Source: the human T2T-CHM13v2.0 reference genome, Homo sapiens. From it: a DNA stretch of 64,000 nt. Within the stretch, counting starts at the first letter, position 1. Each line of letters begins with the position of its first letter. This document shows positions 1 through 16,679 of this stretch, one piece after another. The translations under genes were made by a program, and so were the position numbers. The notes beneath the pieces were generated by a model. That model was not told where the DNA came from and made no database searches. It saw only the letters and a list, made by a program, of their open reading frames with translations. The stretch is taken from the NCBI RefSeq assembly GCF_009914755.1, contig NC_060930.1; one strand, given 5' to 3'.

Positions 1-344
<344 letters not shown>

Positions 345-1328
345 AAGGTGTCAGAATTTTCAAAGGAAAAATGGAATATTGATAAACTGAGTAAAATATG
401 ATTACCATATAATGTCATCTTAAGATGTTCTTGTAGTTTCAAACTTGTATAAACAAAATTGGTATTTATACATGTGTCCTATTAATGCACACGAGAGTAG
501 ATTAGAACCTATATCCAGAGTATTTTTTCTTGTGCCTTGAAAAACCAACTTAAAAATAAGGTATTTCAAAATTTGGTTTCTAAATACGTTTCAATAAGGT
601 TTGTTATTATTCTTTTTCTTTTAAAATTACATTTTTATAAATAATAAAATTTTAATTGTGCTCCAGTTAACTATTAATAAATATTCAGAATCCTTAAGGG
701 TTTATTTTAGTTAAAATGTTTAGGACTAATGCATTAGTAAATTGAAATTTGGATACAGGAATTGCCTGGATCTTTGTTTTACAAAAAAAATCAGAAAAAA
801 GTAATACCAACCCTATAAAATCCTAAATCTCTAATAATGTAAATATATTATTAGTGGTAATGTTATTTGTTGAGTTTAAGAGTATATTTAATTTTATAGA
901 ACAATAAAATATTTTGATATAGAATATTCAGGGAAAAAATAGAGAAGGAAGACAATTGTAAGTCGGAGAGAAACTGGGATCTGTCTATAATGACTGTGTT
1001 AAAGAATAGCACTAAAGCCACCTCATAAACCAATGACGTTGTATCACGAAATGACTTTTAAGTTGATGGAGCTGCAGCAAATAAGTTCAAAGCAAGAGGT
1101 GCCAGCACCAGAGACTTGGGTTTTGATACAGCTCTGCTCCCTACTGGCTTATCATTGGGATCAAATAGGATCATTGCAGTACTATCTCATAAAGCCATTG
1201 TGAGGAATAAATAGGATCATGTTGGAAAAGTGCTTCACAAGTTTTAGGTAATCTAATCTTGCTAAGAAAAGGGGCGAATAATTCACAAGAAAAACCAGAG
1301 TAATGATAAAAGGTATTATTGCATGCTA

Positions 1329-1706
<378 letters not shown>

Positions 1707-2035
1707 AAGAATAGTATGAGTTATTATTATCTCCATTTCATAGATGAGGCAAATGAGTCATAGAGAGGTGCCAGGAGACATAGTTAATTAGTGGCAGAGT
1801 AGGAATTCAAAGACAGTTCCACCTGACTCTAGAATCTGAGCACTTTAATATTAGCTATAGTATATTAAAAAGTTCAACTTCATTAGTAAGTAAAGATTTA
1901 ACAATTAAAACATATGGACATGGGAGTGCAAAGGAATGATAAACATCAAATTCCAGTTGTCTCTGTAGAGGGAGGGAGGAAGGCATTGGAATGGATTTGG
2001 GAAAGTGGTGCATGACGATTTCAGTTATATATGTA

Positions 2036-2111
2036 GTATTGACTCTCATGTATTCATCCTGATATAGTGGAAAGAGCATAAGTATTGAGTTAGTCAAGCC
2101 AGGCTTTTAAT
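2036..2111 (-). repeat. 76-bp inverted copy of 5568-5643
   Basis: Reverse complement matches 5568-5643 at 75/76 positions. Confidence 0.95.
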
Positions 2112-2836
2112 GAAAATGTGGAAATTTGTTAAGACTTGACAAACCAGAACCAGGGGTTATATATTTTTTCTGCATACTTTTTTGAATGCTTAAAATAATT
2201 TTCATGGTAAAAAAAAAAAGCAGTGAACTAAAGTCATCCTACTTCATTTATACAAAGATTAAATAATTAAGAAAATAATTTTGGTGAAGGTTTGGAGAAA
2301 CCGATATACACTTCTAATAGTATAAATGGGACCAACTCTTTTGGAAAGCAACTTGGCAATATGTGCCATAAAAACAATCTGGCTCTTTGGTTCAGTAAGT
2401 TTCCTTTTGGGACATTATCCTAAGGGAAAAAAATCAAAATGTACATGTGCATACAGAAACATACACACTGGAAAAACTGTATGCATGAAAATGTCAACTG
2501 CAGTGTTGTTTATAACGATGGAATATGATAAACAATCTAAAATTTTAACAATAGAAAAGTAGTCAATATTTTGCAGCCTTTAAAGAAATATTTATGATGG
2601 CTATGTAGCAATTTGAGTAATGATTGTGATGTAATGTTAATTGAAAAAAGGATATGAAGTTGCATATCCACCAGGATTAAATCAATGAAAAAATAATCAT
2701 AGAAAAAGATTTAGGAAGAAACAGCCTAAAGTAATGAGTACAGAATTTGTGTCAAAATGATGAGATGCATTCTTTCCTTTTTCTCTTCCAGATTTTTGAT
2801 ATAGATTTGACATATTGTTTTTGAAATGGAAAACTA

Positions 2837-3458
2837 CAGTTGTCCATTGGTACCCAAGAGGGATTGGTTCCAGGATCCCCAAAGATACCAAAATTTGAGG
2901 ATGCTCAAGTCTCTTATATAGAAGGGCATAGTATTTGCATATAACCTGTGCACATCCTCCAGTATATTTAAATAATGTCCAGGGTACTTACAATACCTAA
3001 CACAATGTAAGTGCTATGTAAATAGCTGTTATGTTGTTTTTTTTATTGTTGTACTATTATTTTTTATTCTTGGGAAGTTTTTCCTTTTTTTTTTTTTTTC
3101 TGAGACAGAATCTTGCTTTGTCACCCAGGCTGGAGTGTTGACCTTCTGGGCTCAAGTGATCCTCCTGCCTCAGCCTCCCGAATAGCTGAGATTACAGGAA
3201 CGCACCACTATGCCTGCCTAATTTTTGCATTTTTTGTAGAGATTAGGTCTTGCCATGTTGCCCAGGCTGGTCTCAAACGCCTGAGCTCAAGCAGTCCTCC
3301 CACCTCAGCCTCCCAAAGTCCTGAGATCATGGTATAAGCCACTGCACCTGGCCTTTTTCCAAACAGTTATAATCAGCCACTGGTTGAATTCACAGTTGGT
3401 TGAATTCATGGTTGGTTGAATCTGCAGATGTGAAACCAATGGATACTAATAGCCACCT
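2837..3458. mobile_element. MER2 (Tigger-family) DNA transposon interrupted by an Alu
   Basis: Starts TA|CAGTTGTCC and carries GATTGGTTCCAGGA...GGATGCTCAAGTC...GTATTTGCATATAACC typical of MER2; resumes after the Alu. Confidence 0.85.
3085..3353 (-). mobile_element. Alu (AluJ-like, internal deletion)
   Basis: T-tail then Alu body lacking ~25 nt after GGCTGGAGTG. Confidence 0.93.
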
Positions 3459-3834
3459 ATATTACATAGTACAAACCTAGCTTTGAAAATAGTGAGACAG
3501 ATATGAAAATAAACTAGAATTCACGGGAGAAAATGAGGGGTTCTAAGAAAGGTGTAGACAATACATTACCAATACAGGAGGTCAGAGGAAGGGGAGATCT
3601 GTCAGGCTGGGGTCTTCAGGAATGCTTCACGAAGGAGGGACTATCAGTGGACTTCAGTAATTTGTAGAGCCGGGTAAGAGCTGGGGATGAAAGGAGGGCT
3701 AAGCAGGAGGCATGCAAGTTGCAAAGTGGAGCAATGGGAGATGTTCTCAGGAAACAGCACTGCGTGTCACGGAATATTTTACTTTCAGTTTTTCTGGGTT
3801 TTCAGAAAATGTGGTAACTTTAAAGTTTTCACAG

Positions 3835-4017
3835 TTGAATTAATTCCACAGAACAACTGGTTGTAGAATCATAGCAACATAATTATGAGTTGTGCTTCTG
3901 GCTCCAAATCTTTCATCTAAAAATAATCGCAGTGACCACATCTTGGGAAAACAAAGCCATTACCTATTCTTGTGCTCCAGCTATCTCGGTAGTCACTTAC
4001 TGGAAAATGGATTACAG
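3835..4017 (+). pseudogene. Candidate decayed exon A of a multi-exon pseudogene
   Basis: Acceptor ttttcacAG, donor CAG|GTAAAA; last 43 codons open (VVLLAPNLSSKNNRSDHILGKQSHYLFLCSSYLGSHLLENGLQ), stops in the 5' part. Confidence 0.35.
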
Positions 4018-4495
4018 GTAAAATAACTGCATGTTTTTAGGACACTACTTGTCTCTCTTACCTTCAGTGAGTTGATTAACGAAATAATTTAAAAACTTAT
4101 ATTCTCCAGGCATTCTCTAAGGCATGAACATGATTTTGAAGAAATCCTTTACCATCACACATCACACGAGCCTGCCTGTGCTCCTCCAGAAACATAGCCC
4201 TAGTACTCCTGGAAGCCCATTTTGTTCCTTCAGGGAGTATGCTTTCTTTGTGCAGAGAGGAGAAAAATGCTGGAGACAGAGATGTGGGGAGTAAGAGGAG
4301 GGACAGTAGGTAAGTCTCAGCCACAGGTAAGATGAGTGGGAACCTGTATGCTCCACTGCCCCCATGTGTACCAGCTGTTCTTTGCCCAGCTTCCTTGGGC
4401 TAGAAACATATTCAGTGAGTAATACATGAATCAACAAGATGATAGGTGTGTCATTTATCAAATGATTACTTGTGCTAGAAGTTTACAACCATTCA

Positions 4496-4817
<322 letters not shown>

Positions 4818-5567
4818 ACATCCCTTAACTTTAATGATCATAAGAATCCTGCCCAGCTTATAATTCAAATGCCAGGGTACTCAGGTTCTTCAACAGACTC
4901 TAGTTTTCTTATCCTCTAAGATTAGTGTAAAATAAAAGTGCCTGATTGCCATCTCACACACTGGTGAGAAATTCTCTGTTCCTCTCCACATCTCCAGGTT
5001 TCCCTTCCTTGCCTCACATTCTGTTTTCCTACACAGGCCAAATTCTCCATGTCTCCTTTACATCCCCCTGGTGTTTGTGTTCCCTTTTGCTATATAGCCT
5101 TGCCGAATACTTGGCGCATCACCCCAATTTCTTCACTCCCCAAAGTTATCACCCACATATGATTGCTTGGTTAACAAACATTTATTTAACTTTTGGTAAA
5201 AGGTAAGGAATGTTCCACTCTGGTGCCAAGTAACAACTTAATATTGGATATTAAAACTGTATCCCCAAATAGAGCCCCAGATTCCTGGCTACTTTGCTGG
5301 ACTTCTCTCTTTCCTAGGGTTGGTGCTTTCATCTCAAACTCCAGGATGCTCAAAATTATTGTTTTATTATGCAAAGCATTTTAGTTCTCTGCCTGGGGCT
5401 TCCTCCTTCATATCCAAAGCGGACCTATACAGGTGTTTTCCTAAACTTAAGAGTCCTAGAAATCAGAAAGCTATAGTCTGCTACAATTTTAAATAGCATT
5501 TACACAAGATGAAAAAACAAGTTTAGTGAAATTAAATGACTGCCCCCAAAAAAGGGTCAGAGCCTGA

Positions 5568-5643
5568 ATTAAAAGCCTGGCTTGACTAACTCAATACTTA
5601 TGCTCTTTCCACTATACCAGGATGAATACATGAGAGTCAATAC
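5568..5643 (+). repeat. Donor of the 76-bp inverted duplication (within MIR-like sequence)
   Basis: Continuous with MIR-like sequence from ~5505; copied in reverse at 2036-2111. Confidence 0.9.
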
Positions 5644-6245
5644 CTATTGAATGTTTACAACATGTCTGGCTCTGTTCTAAGAGCTTCAGGGGCATTAGCT
5701 CATTCAATCCTCACATTAGTTAATACCCCACTTTATAGAAACAGAGATAACTACCCATAGTGGCAGCTAACACATGGAAAGGTCAGGATTAGAGCCCAGG
5801 TAGTCAGTGTCTGTGCTTCTCATCATTAACTGCTACTCTCTACCAGCCTCAAGATCCAGCTCCCTGACATTCTTTCAGTGGCTGAAAATAAGGGCAGCTT
5901 ATTATCACATTTGGGATTAAGTTAAAAAAAAAAAAGGAAACAGGGGCAGCTACTGTGTGAGAGTTCAGTCTGCTCCCTGAAAATGACCCCAGCATGGTTT
6001 GGAAACTCAAAATTTCTAAAAACCCTGAGAGTACATGGGCATTGTTGGGGTCTGAAGGTATAGACTAGATTTGCTCAGTGACAAACTTAATTATAAACTT
6101 TATAATGGCTGCTTTCAAAACCAATCAGGTAATTCAGTCTTTTCTTGTTTAATTAGTTGCCACAAATTCACTCAATCCATTTAGTCAGTCAGTCATTCAA
6201 GACTTATTGAGTGTCCTCTATATGTCAGGTACTGTTAGGCACCAA

Positions 6246-6531
6246 GTGAAGAAAGAGGGATCCTTCGGGTCCAGACTCAGTCCTGGAGTGGCTCCAAATG
6301 TTAGAATTATGATTAGTGTTTCTTCCTATACTATACGGGATGGTGCTGAGATTCTAGGTTTCGTGGCCCAGTTCTTTAGAGAAAAAAATTACTAACATGA
6401 AGAAGGGCATTAAATTGGGTCACCATTGCTTGAGGGAACTATTCCTTAAGAATATAGAACTTGCTTTGATTTTTTTTACACTCTAAGTGCTGCTCTAAGG
6501 TTTGATTTCCTGAGTGGACAAGACTATCAAG
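6246..6531 (+). pseudogene. Candidate decayed exon B (5' end unclear)
   Basis: One frame ...RIMISVSSYTIRDGAEILGFVAQFFREKNY*HEEGH*IGSPLLEGTIP*EYRTCFDFFYTLSAALRFDFLSGQDYQ; all three stops are TAA (one change from CAA); ends CAAG|GCAAGA (GC or decayed GT donor), phase 1. Confidence 0.45.
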
Positions 6532-7385
6532 GCAAGAAGTCCCATGTAGGTGACAACTAGCAATATTTGGGCAGAAACATATCTCACTTTAATAAATGGG
6601 CATCTTAATGTAAAGCTGGATCTTAGACATGAACTAAATCAGTGGTTTTCAAACTGTGCTCCTAGGGCCTCATTTGCAATAAATGAACATTTTAAACTGC
6701 ATGTGAAAACTGCATTTTTTGGATATCTGATTTATATATTGGAGTTTTGCAATTTAATTTCATTTAGGAAGAAGAAAAAAGAGCCCTTTTGCAAAATGTG
6801 AACACCTCTGAGATTTTCATTCATTTCTCTATTCACAAGGGACTAAGGCCTAGAGAGATGAAATGACTCACTGAAATGGCAGAGATAAATCGTAAACCTA
6901 GGTCATTACTCCCAGCCCAGTCCAATGCACAGATCTCCCCCTTTCTATCTACTACCCACTGTGTGTCTGGAGAGCATGGCACACAGGCCAGTGTAAATCT
7001 GGGTGAACTATGTCTTTGTAGTACTGCAAAAGCTGAGAATTCAGTTCCAAATGGTTCTGCAAAAATACTGACTGAGGACTATTTACTGTATATATGATTA
7101 AGTGCTACATAATCTACTATGTTCCTCATAATAATCCATGAGTTGGGCTGAGCAAATATCTCCCCAGCCCCCTCCTCAATTTTGCAAAAAGCAAAACAGT
7201 CTCAAAGCCGTTGACTTCTTTAAAGAAATGTATTAGTAGATAACAACAACAAAACAATCCAAAATTCCAATCTTCTGACTTTTAGGAAGACAGAGCTCTA
7301 ACCATTATATTATATACTGTTCAAGCCAACTGGTAAGAATATGCAGTGCTTGTGCAGGCAGGAGAGCAATGATGTAATTAAATAG

Positions 7386-7504
7386 GACAGCTCCCAAAGT
7401 TGACAGGCATAAATGATGAAAGGCAAAGTTTAGATATCAACCTATGAGCCATGGACACCTGCAGAGTTTTAAAATTATTACAAAGGGACCTGAAGTCCCA
7501 TAAG
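7386..7504 (+). pseudogene. Candidate decayed exon B2
   Basis: aaatAG acceptor, AAG|GTATGC donor; 119 nt, phase 1 to 0; (G)QLPKLTGINDERQSLDINL*AMDTCRVLKLLQRDLKSHK with a single TGA. Confidence 0.5.
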
Positions 7505-7616
7505 GTATGCTTACCTGAATAAGGTGGGTTGCACTGATATATACACCCAGACTTCAAATGGATAGAGATGCTCTTTTGTTTAATAAAGTATGCCTTCAAT
7601 TAAAAGCATTACTGAA

Positions 7617-7718
7617 GCCAGATGTGGTACTGTGTGCCTACAGTCCCCACTACTTGCTACTCGGAAGGCTGAGGTGGGAGGATCACTTGAGCCCAGGGGT
7701 TCAAGTCCAGCCTGGGCA
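7617..7718 (+). mobile_element. Tailless FLAM/7SL-derived monomer
   Basis: Monomer ends at CCTGGGCA with no poly(A); perfect 15-bp TSD aaaagcattactgaa (7602-7616, 7719-7733). Confidence 0.85.
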
Positions 7719-8055
7719 AAAAGCATTACTGAATTCCTAGCAATGTGTTTATCCTTATGTACTTTCAGTCAACTTTTACTAAAAGTACAAACACTATTAT
7801 GTGCAACTCTGTGAAATTTTGTTGTTAAAAATGAAATCATAGTTGAAAATGTGGGGACTGTCTGTTCAAGGCTAAAATAAAGGGAACAGAACAAAATTAA
7901 GATGGGAAATAATTATTTTAAAACATATTTTGTATGTTTTCCTGTGTTTCTATTTTAAAGCTATATATCTAAATTATTGCTCTTTGTTTTCATGTTGAAT
8001 GGCTGCTTCTTATCTGGCTTTGTTTATTAAGTGTGGTCAGATCATTTATTCTCAG

Positions 8056-8336
8056 AAAAGCTACCCTGTAGCCTGGCCCTACATTCCTCCAAGATAATAT
8101 CATCTGCAGGACTCAAGTTTCTTGCCAGAGAGCTGATTTGCAGAAGTAAACAAACTGGGAGTAAAACCAAGAAATGTTAAAGAAACTTTCTGACTTAAGA
8201 CATTGATAACAAAAACTATGTTAGCAATAAGTGTCTCTAAAAATATATAGAATATCCAGTCAAGCTGACCTACAGAATTGGAACAGTAAACAGAACACAA
8301 AAAGGGCTGTAAGCAATACCATCTAGGAACACAGAG
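8056..8336 (+). pseudogene. Candidate decayed exon C
   Basis: ttattctcAG acceptor, GAG|GTAACA donor; 281 nt, net phase 0 to 2; begins KSYPVAWPYIPPR*; six stops in the entry frame, so internal frameshifts are probable. Confidence 0.4.
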
Positions 8337-9184
8337 GTAACAGATAGGGCTCCATGTCTGTCAGGGACTCCAGGAGGAACAGCTGTTCCCTTCTCTCAAA
8401 ACAAACCATCCTCTGATGCGTTTCAGTTGCTTACCAACTCAGATCTGCTTTTGAGGAGTAAGCCAAACACACAGCCTCTGGTGATTTACCTTATAGAGGG
8501 CATTAGGGAAACTTAAAAAACAAATGTCAACTTGAAAAGGCCACATTTTATATCTTTCCTTCATCTCTGGCAGTATTCCGTTGTTGTTCCAACTACCCAC
8601 CCCCTTGCCCTTCCTTACATTTGATTCTTTGTTAGATGAAGCATGGAGACAATGGAAAGCAACTGGGAAACAAACTAAACATTTCCTTCTGGAAATATTA
8701 CCTACTTTTAAATAACCACTAGGGTCTATAAATATTTTCATTAGAAATTTGCCCTCCCTCCACACACACCAGTCACTTTGTGAAAAACCAATTTCTCCAA
8801 GTCAGAACCTAGAATTTATGGTCTCCTCTCATTGCACTACTAAAACCTTTCATATCCACAGTGAATCTAGGCTATTACCTCTGGAGACTGGAGTTCAGGG
8901 CCTCACTCATATATTTATCTCATGAACTAAACCCCTGTAATTCCCTGTGGAGTTGGGGTTTGGAGGCAGATGATAGAGAGGAAAGTTAGAGTTACAACCA
9001 TTTGGTTCAATGTGGTAGAGCGCTGAATTGACTGTGTGATCTTAGGCAAGTCCCATAAGCTCTCTGGGCCCCAGATAACTCATGTGTAAGAGGAAAGGAT
9101 CATACTAGATGACCTCCAACTTTGTATCTTCGAGGTACTGAATGGGAACCAAAGAGTAAAGGGAAGTCGCAAATAGAATTATGG

Positions 9185-9905
9185 ATGTGGTAACTGAATT
9201 ATTCCCAATTCTTCCCTCTCTCCCTGCGATAGAATTACAAAGCATTTGTCAAGTGGCTTGGCAGTACCTTCTATCAGAACGGGCAGAATATATGTAGCAT
9301 TTCCCCACCTACTTCATATGGGGCTTGCCCGTGTGACTTGCTTTGACTGAAGTTAGTAGATGTGATGCAAGCAGAGGCTTTTTTTTTTTTTTAACTTTTA
9401 TTTTAGGTTCAGGGGTACGAGTGCAGGTTTGTTATATAGATAAACTGCATGTCATGGGGGTTTGGAGTAAGGATTATTTTGTCATCCAGGTAGTAGGCAT
9501 AGTACCTGATAGATAGTTTTTCGATCCTCACCCTTCTTCCACCCTCCACCCTCAAGTAGGCCCTGGTGTCTGTTTTCTCTTCTTTGTGTTTCCTTTTTTT
9601 TTTGTTGTTGTTGTTCCCTTCTTTGTGGCCACGTGTACTCCATGTTTAGCTCCCACTTATAAGTGAGAACATGTGGTATTTGGTTTTCTGTTCCTGTATT
9701 AGTTTGCTTCATTGTCGCACTAAGCAGAGGCTTTAAAAGTGGCTTTATTTCTTTTGCTTCTGTAATCTCCTGGCTAGCCACTGGTTCAAGAATGAGGAAA
9801 GGGGATGTTAAACTGACCAAAACCTTGAACAAGAAAAATAGACAGTTTTGTTTTAAGCTTCTAAAATTTGTGTTTGGTTATGTGGTACTATTGCAGCAGA
9901 AACAC
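9185..9905 (+). mobile_element. MLT1-type (MaLR) LTR interrupted by an L1 3' end
   Basis: TGTGGT start, GTGACTTGCTTTG motif, 3' TTTTAAGC...TTGTGTTTGGTTATG...GCAG end; boundaries approximate. Confidence 0.7.
9382..9708 (-). mobile_element. L1PA-like 3' end (5'-truncated)
   Basis: T-tail, TTTTATTTTAGGTTCAGGGGTAC...GCTCCCACTTATAAGTGAGAACATG; TSD aagcagaggcttt (9369-9381, 9722-9734). Confidence 0.92.
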
Positions 9906-10262
9906 AAAAATCTCTGCTGAACTTTTTTCATATATTCTATCCAACAATATGCCTACTGACCTTAAAATTTTATTGAGCTGTTGAACTAAACTGAAATCAT
10001 CTAGGCATCTTAGCTTGACCATGGAAATGTTCTCCTGATTAGCACCATCAGCAGGACGACTTTTGGTGCTGAGGATACTGCAAAACTAGAAATTAGTGTA
10101 CTGAACTTTTTTATGTAAAAAAAAAAAAACACTGTGTTTTTAGCTATATTGAGAAACGATTCCTGTGAAATTGTACTGTGTTGGCTGTAAGGATGGTGGT
10201 CACTGTAACTTACAGTGTAGTCTTTGTGGCAAACTTTTGGAGAAATTGCTCTCTGGTTTCAG

Positions 10263-10401
10263 CAACTGGAGAAACTATGTTATCGTAAGCAATTGGTTTG
10301 TTTGAATCTTATGGACACTGGATCTCTATCTGGTTGTGAGCCCTCTTGAATTGCCTGGAAAATTCAGAGCCAAATATGTGGCCCTACATAAGCAAGTGGA
10401 T
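10263..10401 (+). pseudogene. Candidate decayed exon D
   Basis: ctctctggtttcAG acceptor, GAT|GTAAGT donor; 139 nt, phase 2 to 0; (S)NWRNYVIVSNWFV*ILWTLDLYLVVSPLELPGKFRAKYVALHKQVD with a single TGA. Confidence 0.55.
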
Positions 10402-10744
10402 GTAAGTGACTTTGCAGCATACGTTTTGTTTAGCAACTTCCCCTCCTTGTATTATTTTCTTTTTTCTACACTTATTTTCTCTTTTTCTGCATTCCTTGTA
10501 AATTGTTATCGTTATTATGTTAAGTATTAAGTATTATTTTATCATATACATTTATGTCAGCCACCTTAAATCCTTTTGGGAGCAGAACTGAGAATACATA
10601 AAGCACTACTGTTAATAAAAAAAATTAATTTCCGTTAGTAAAATGAAGAGAGAAATAAAATTTTATCAGTGACCCCTCAACCCTTTTGTTGTTGAAACTT
10701 ACTAAGGATCTGGCGTTTCTCTATTCTGAAATATCTCCAGGTCA

Positions 10745-11110
<366 letters not shown>

Positions 11111-11190
11111 AGGACAAAAATTGTCTTTCTTCAAGCTGTTTGAAATAGGGAGGAAGGTTTTTCTTTACAAATAATTTGACGTATTATTCT

Positions 11191-11496
11191 CTTTTTTTGT
11201 TTTGTTTTTGTTTTGAGACAGGGTTTCATCTGTTGCCCAGGTTGTAGTGCAGTGGTGCGATCTCAGCTCACTGCAACCTCTCCTTCCTGGGCTCAAGCGA
11301 TTCTCCTGCCTCAGCCTCCTGAGTAGCTGTGATTACAGGTGCATGCCACCAGGCCTAGCTAATTTTCATATTTTTTAGTAGAGATGGGGTTTTGCCACGT
11401 TGGCCAGGCAAGTCTCGAACTCCTGGCCTCAAGTGATCTGCCCACCTTGGCCTCCCAAAATGCTGGGATTGCAGGCGTGAGCCACTGCGCCAGGCT
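11191..11496 (-). mobile_element. Alu (AluJb/S)
   Basis: T-rich tail and full reverse Alu body. Confidence 0.95.
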
Positions 11497-11643
11497 TGAT
11501 ATATTATATTATTCTTTTAATTATTAAAGTTAATTTTTTTTAATATTTGTTGAATATTGACTATGTACTCAGATGGTGCTAGCTGTTATGGACGATATAA
11601 AGATATTAATAAATAAGATACTTGAATATTTAAGATGACCCAT

Positions 11644-12187
<544 letters not shown>

Positions 12188-12551
12188 CTAGCAACCTGCA
12201 ACAGAAGCATGATCTGGCCTCCTGGTTCTAGTGCAGTGCTCTAATACATCAAGAGATTAGTTGCCAAGGTTGGGGGCAGGACAAGTATAGGAAACACCAG
12301 CATAAACACAAAATAAGAGTTAAAGATGAGGAAAATAGAAACTTGAACTAGTCAGGGTCACTAGATAAAAGCAAAGAATAATCAATAGAAACAGAGCCAA
12401 ATCAGAAGCTGAAAGAATGGTTCTGATTCAAGATATTCATCTGAGTTTACATGTTTTAACTACCATTGAATATCCAAAGGGATATGAAAATATGAATTGG
12501 CACTTGCTGTGAAATTTAGAAGATTTCCAGTAAAGTGTTCTATGTTTACAG

Positions 12552-12733
12552 GCAAATGTGCCATATAGGGAAGTCAGAGAGGGGCAAATACCAGTCCCAC
12601 CAGCAACTGTAGAAAGTCCAGTAAAGATAGAGTCTACACAAGGCAATATCTCATGGCATCCCAGCTTGCCCTTCATATAGACAGCGTACTGAGTAGTATC
12701 TCAGAAACCAGTGAGAAATTCTTTGGCACAATG
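12552..12733 (+). pseudogene. Candidate decayed exon E (may start near 12390)
   Basis: tgtttacAG acceptor (phase 0, ANVPYREVREGQIPVPP...), ATG|GTGAGG donor; after one frameshift ...RVYTRQYLMASQLALHIDSVLSSISETSEKFFGTM. The entry frame also extends upstream with two stops. Confidence 0.4.
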
Positions 12734-12861
12734 GTGAGGTCTGTGGGCCCTACCACCTCTGCCCTACTCCCACAGACACTTGGAATGCCGATTTATTAAA
12801 GTAACTCTGGTAAATCTTGAAATTTCCTTTCTCCCATTGACTGTATCTAATATTTCAACAG

Positions 12862-12974
12862 GACCCCCAAACAATTCTGAAATTAACTGTGAACTCCACC
12901 CATGGACATAAACACAATCATCAGAATAAACAAACCAATGAACCATCTTCTAGATTAAAAGACTTAGTTGTAAT
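12862..12974 (+). pseudogene. Candidate decayed exon F
   Basis: tatttcaacAG acceptor 128 nt after the exon E donor, phase 0, 38 open codons DPQTILKLTVNSTHG...; donor uncertain. Confidence 0.3.
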
Positions 12975-13129
12975 GTAAAAAAGGAAATTAACCAGAGGAA
13001 TAAACTTAAATGACCCCACTCGTGAAAGAGTTAATAATAAAACCAAAACAAAATAAAACAAAAATCTTTAGAAAAATCTCTAAATCTTAAAAAATCTAGA
13101 AAGATGCTGAGTTACCAACAAGATTCAAA

Positions 13130-14680
<1,551 letters not shown>

Positions 14681-14779
14681 AAAAATTACATTTTAAAATA
14701 GGAACAATTTAAGATTAGAAAAGATTCCTTTTGAAATAAAAATAAGATTGCTAGAATTAAAAAAAAAAAATGACATGGA

Positions 14780-14925
14780 AGCTGGGCACAGTGGCTAACC
14801 CTTGTAAACCCAGTGCTTTGGGAGGCTGAAGTGGGAGGACTGCTTGAGACCAGAATTCAAAATCGGCCTGGACAACATAGCGAGACCCCAAGGCAACCCA
14901 GTAAGACCCTGTCTCTAAAAGAAAA
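14780..14925 (+). mobile_element. FLAM/Alu monomer
   Basis: Left-arm monomer, TSD aaaaaaatga(c/a)atggaa. Confidence 0.85.
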
Positions 14926-15259
14926 AAATGAAATGGAAGCAGTAAAGAGCAAAATTGGAAAGTGACAAAAATCAAATCAGTGAATTTGAAGAATTCAGAG
15001 AAAAGTGATAAAGGAGTGAATAAAATGAGAGAAAAGATGATGTATTAATGGAAGACGATGATGGATCTAGAATATCTGATAAAAGATTTCAAAGAGAATG
15101 AACAATAATAAAAGAGATAATTATTTCTAATTTCCCAAAGAAGATCAAGCCAAGTTAAGATCCAATCAGGTGAAGAGTTGTTTTTTGATTGTATTGTATT
15201 ACTATTGTTATTGTCGTTATTACTATTTTTTTTACTATTATTAGTCAGCTTGAAATGTC

Positions 15260-16170
15260 TATTTTTAACTGACAAATAATAATTGTATATATTTATGGGC
15301 ACATTATCATGTTTTGATCTATGTATACATGGTGGAATGATTAAATCAAAGTAATTAGTAAAGCCATCACCTCACCTACTTAACATTCTTCTATGGTGAG
15401 AACATTTAAAATCTACTTAGATTACTGAAATTTATTCCTCCTATCTAACTGAAACTATGTACCCTTTGACCAACATCTCTCCTTTTCCCAACCCTACCCT
15501 CATCCCCTCTCTAGCCGTTGGTAAGCACCGTTCCACTTTCTGCTTCCATTAGTTTAACTTTTTTTAGATTCCACATTATCATTGACTTCATGCAATATTT
15601 GTCTTTCTGTGCCTGGCTTATTTTACTTAGCATAATGTCCTCCAGGTATAAACCTGCATATTGTTGCAATGACAGAATTTCCTTCTTTCTTAAGGCTGTA
15701 TGGTATTCCATCATGCTTATATACCACATTTTCATTATTCATTCACCCACTGACACTTCAGTTACTTCCGTATCTTTACTATTGTGAATAGTGCTACAAT
15801 GAACATTGAAGTGCAGATATCTCTTTGACATATAGATTTCAAGTCCTTTGGATATATACCCAAAAGTGGGATGGCTGGATTATATGATGATTCTGTTTTT
15901 AGTTTTTTCATAAGCCTCCATATTATTTTCCATAATGGTAATGCTAATTTACATTCTCATCAACAGTGTACCAGGGTTTCCTTTTCTCTACGCCCTTGTC
16001 AACCCTTGTTATCTTTTGTCTTTTTTTAAATGATAGCCATTCTAACCGGTGTAAGACGATATCTCATTGTGTTTTGAATTTGCATTTTCCTAACGATTAG
16101 AGATACTGAGCATTTTTTTTCATTTCTCTGTTGACGATATGTATGTCTTCTTTTGACAAATGCCTGTTAG
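15260..16170 (-). mobile_element. L1MA-like 3' portion
   Basis: AATAATTGTATATATTTATGGG, GGTGAGAACATTTAAAATCTAC, TTTAGATTCCACAT motifs. Confidence 0.9.
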
Positions 16171-16679
16171 CTTCAACTTGTTGCCTAGAAAATTATGGAG
16201 TCTACTTCATGTTGTATTACAGTAGAACATTAAGGTATGATCCTGGAAATCAGGGTCCCAGCTCTGTTACTTATCACTAATGTAGCTTTGGGCAAATCAT
16301 TTCACCTCTTTGGGACTCAAGTTCCTCATCTGCTTAAAAAAAATGAAAGGAAAAGCTTGAACTAGATGACTTTAACACAATTCCTTAATCAAAAGATATG
16401 AGCCAGGAGACAGATAGAAAGTAAGGCAAGAAAGCTAGACAGCAGAAGATAATAAGGAAGTCCTTATCTACCAGAAGTAAAATTTTGAGGGTGACGTGAG
16501 AAGGGGGCGAGCTGTACAAGCAGTCCTGACACTGTCCGTAGTCCTGAAGTGTCATTATTTTGTCTGGCTGCCAGTTGGAGGAGTTGGGAATTGCTTAGGT
16601 AAGCAGTATGGAGATCTGACAATTTTAGCGCAGAACAGTGAAACTGAGCTCATTCACATCTGTGTATTTAACTACTACA

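Noticed and set aside
3381-3422. Three 16-bp-period repeats (tggttgaatt...) superficially array-like
   Set aside because: Short tandem slippage within MER2 with no unique spacers; not CRISPR-like.
3950-4005. LFLCSSYLGSHLL resembling the GREB1 C-terminal LYLCDSFVGASFL
   Set aside because: Out of order relative to the other motifs, so not counted as evidence.
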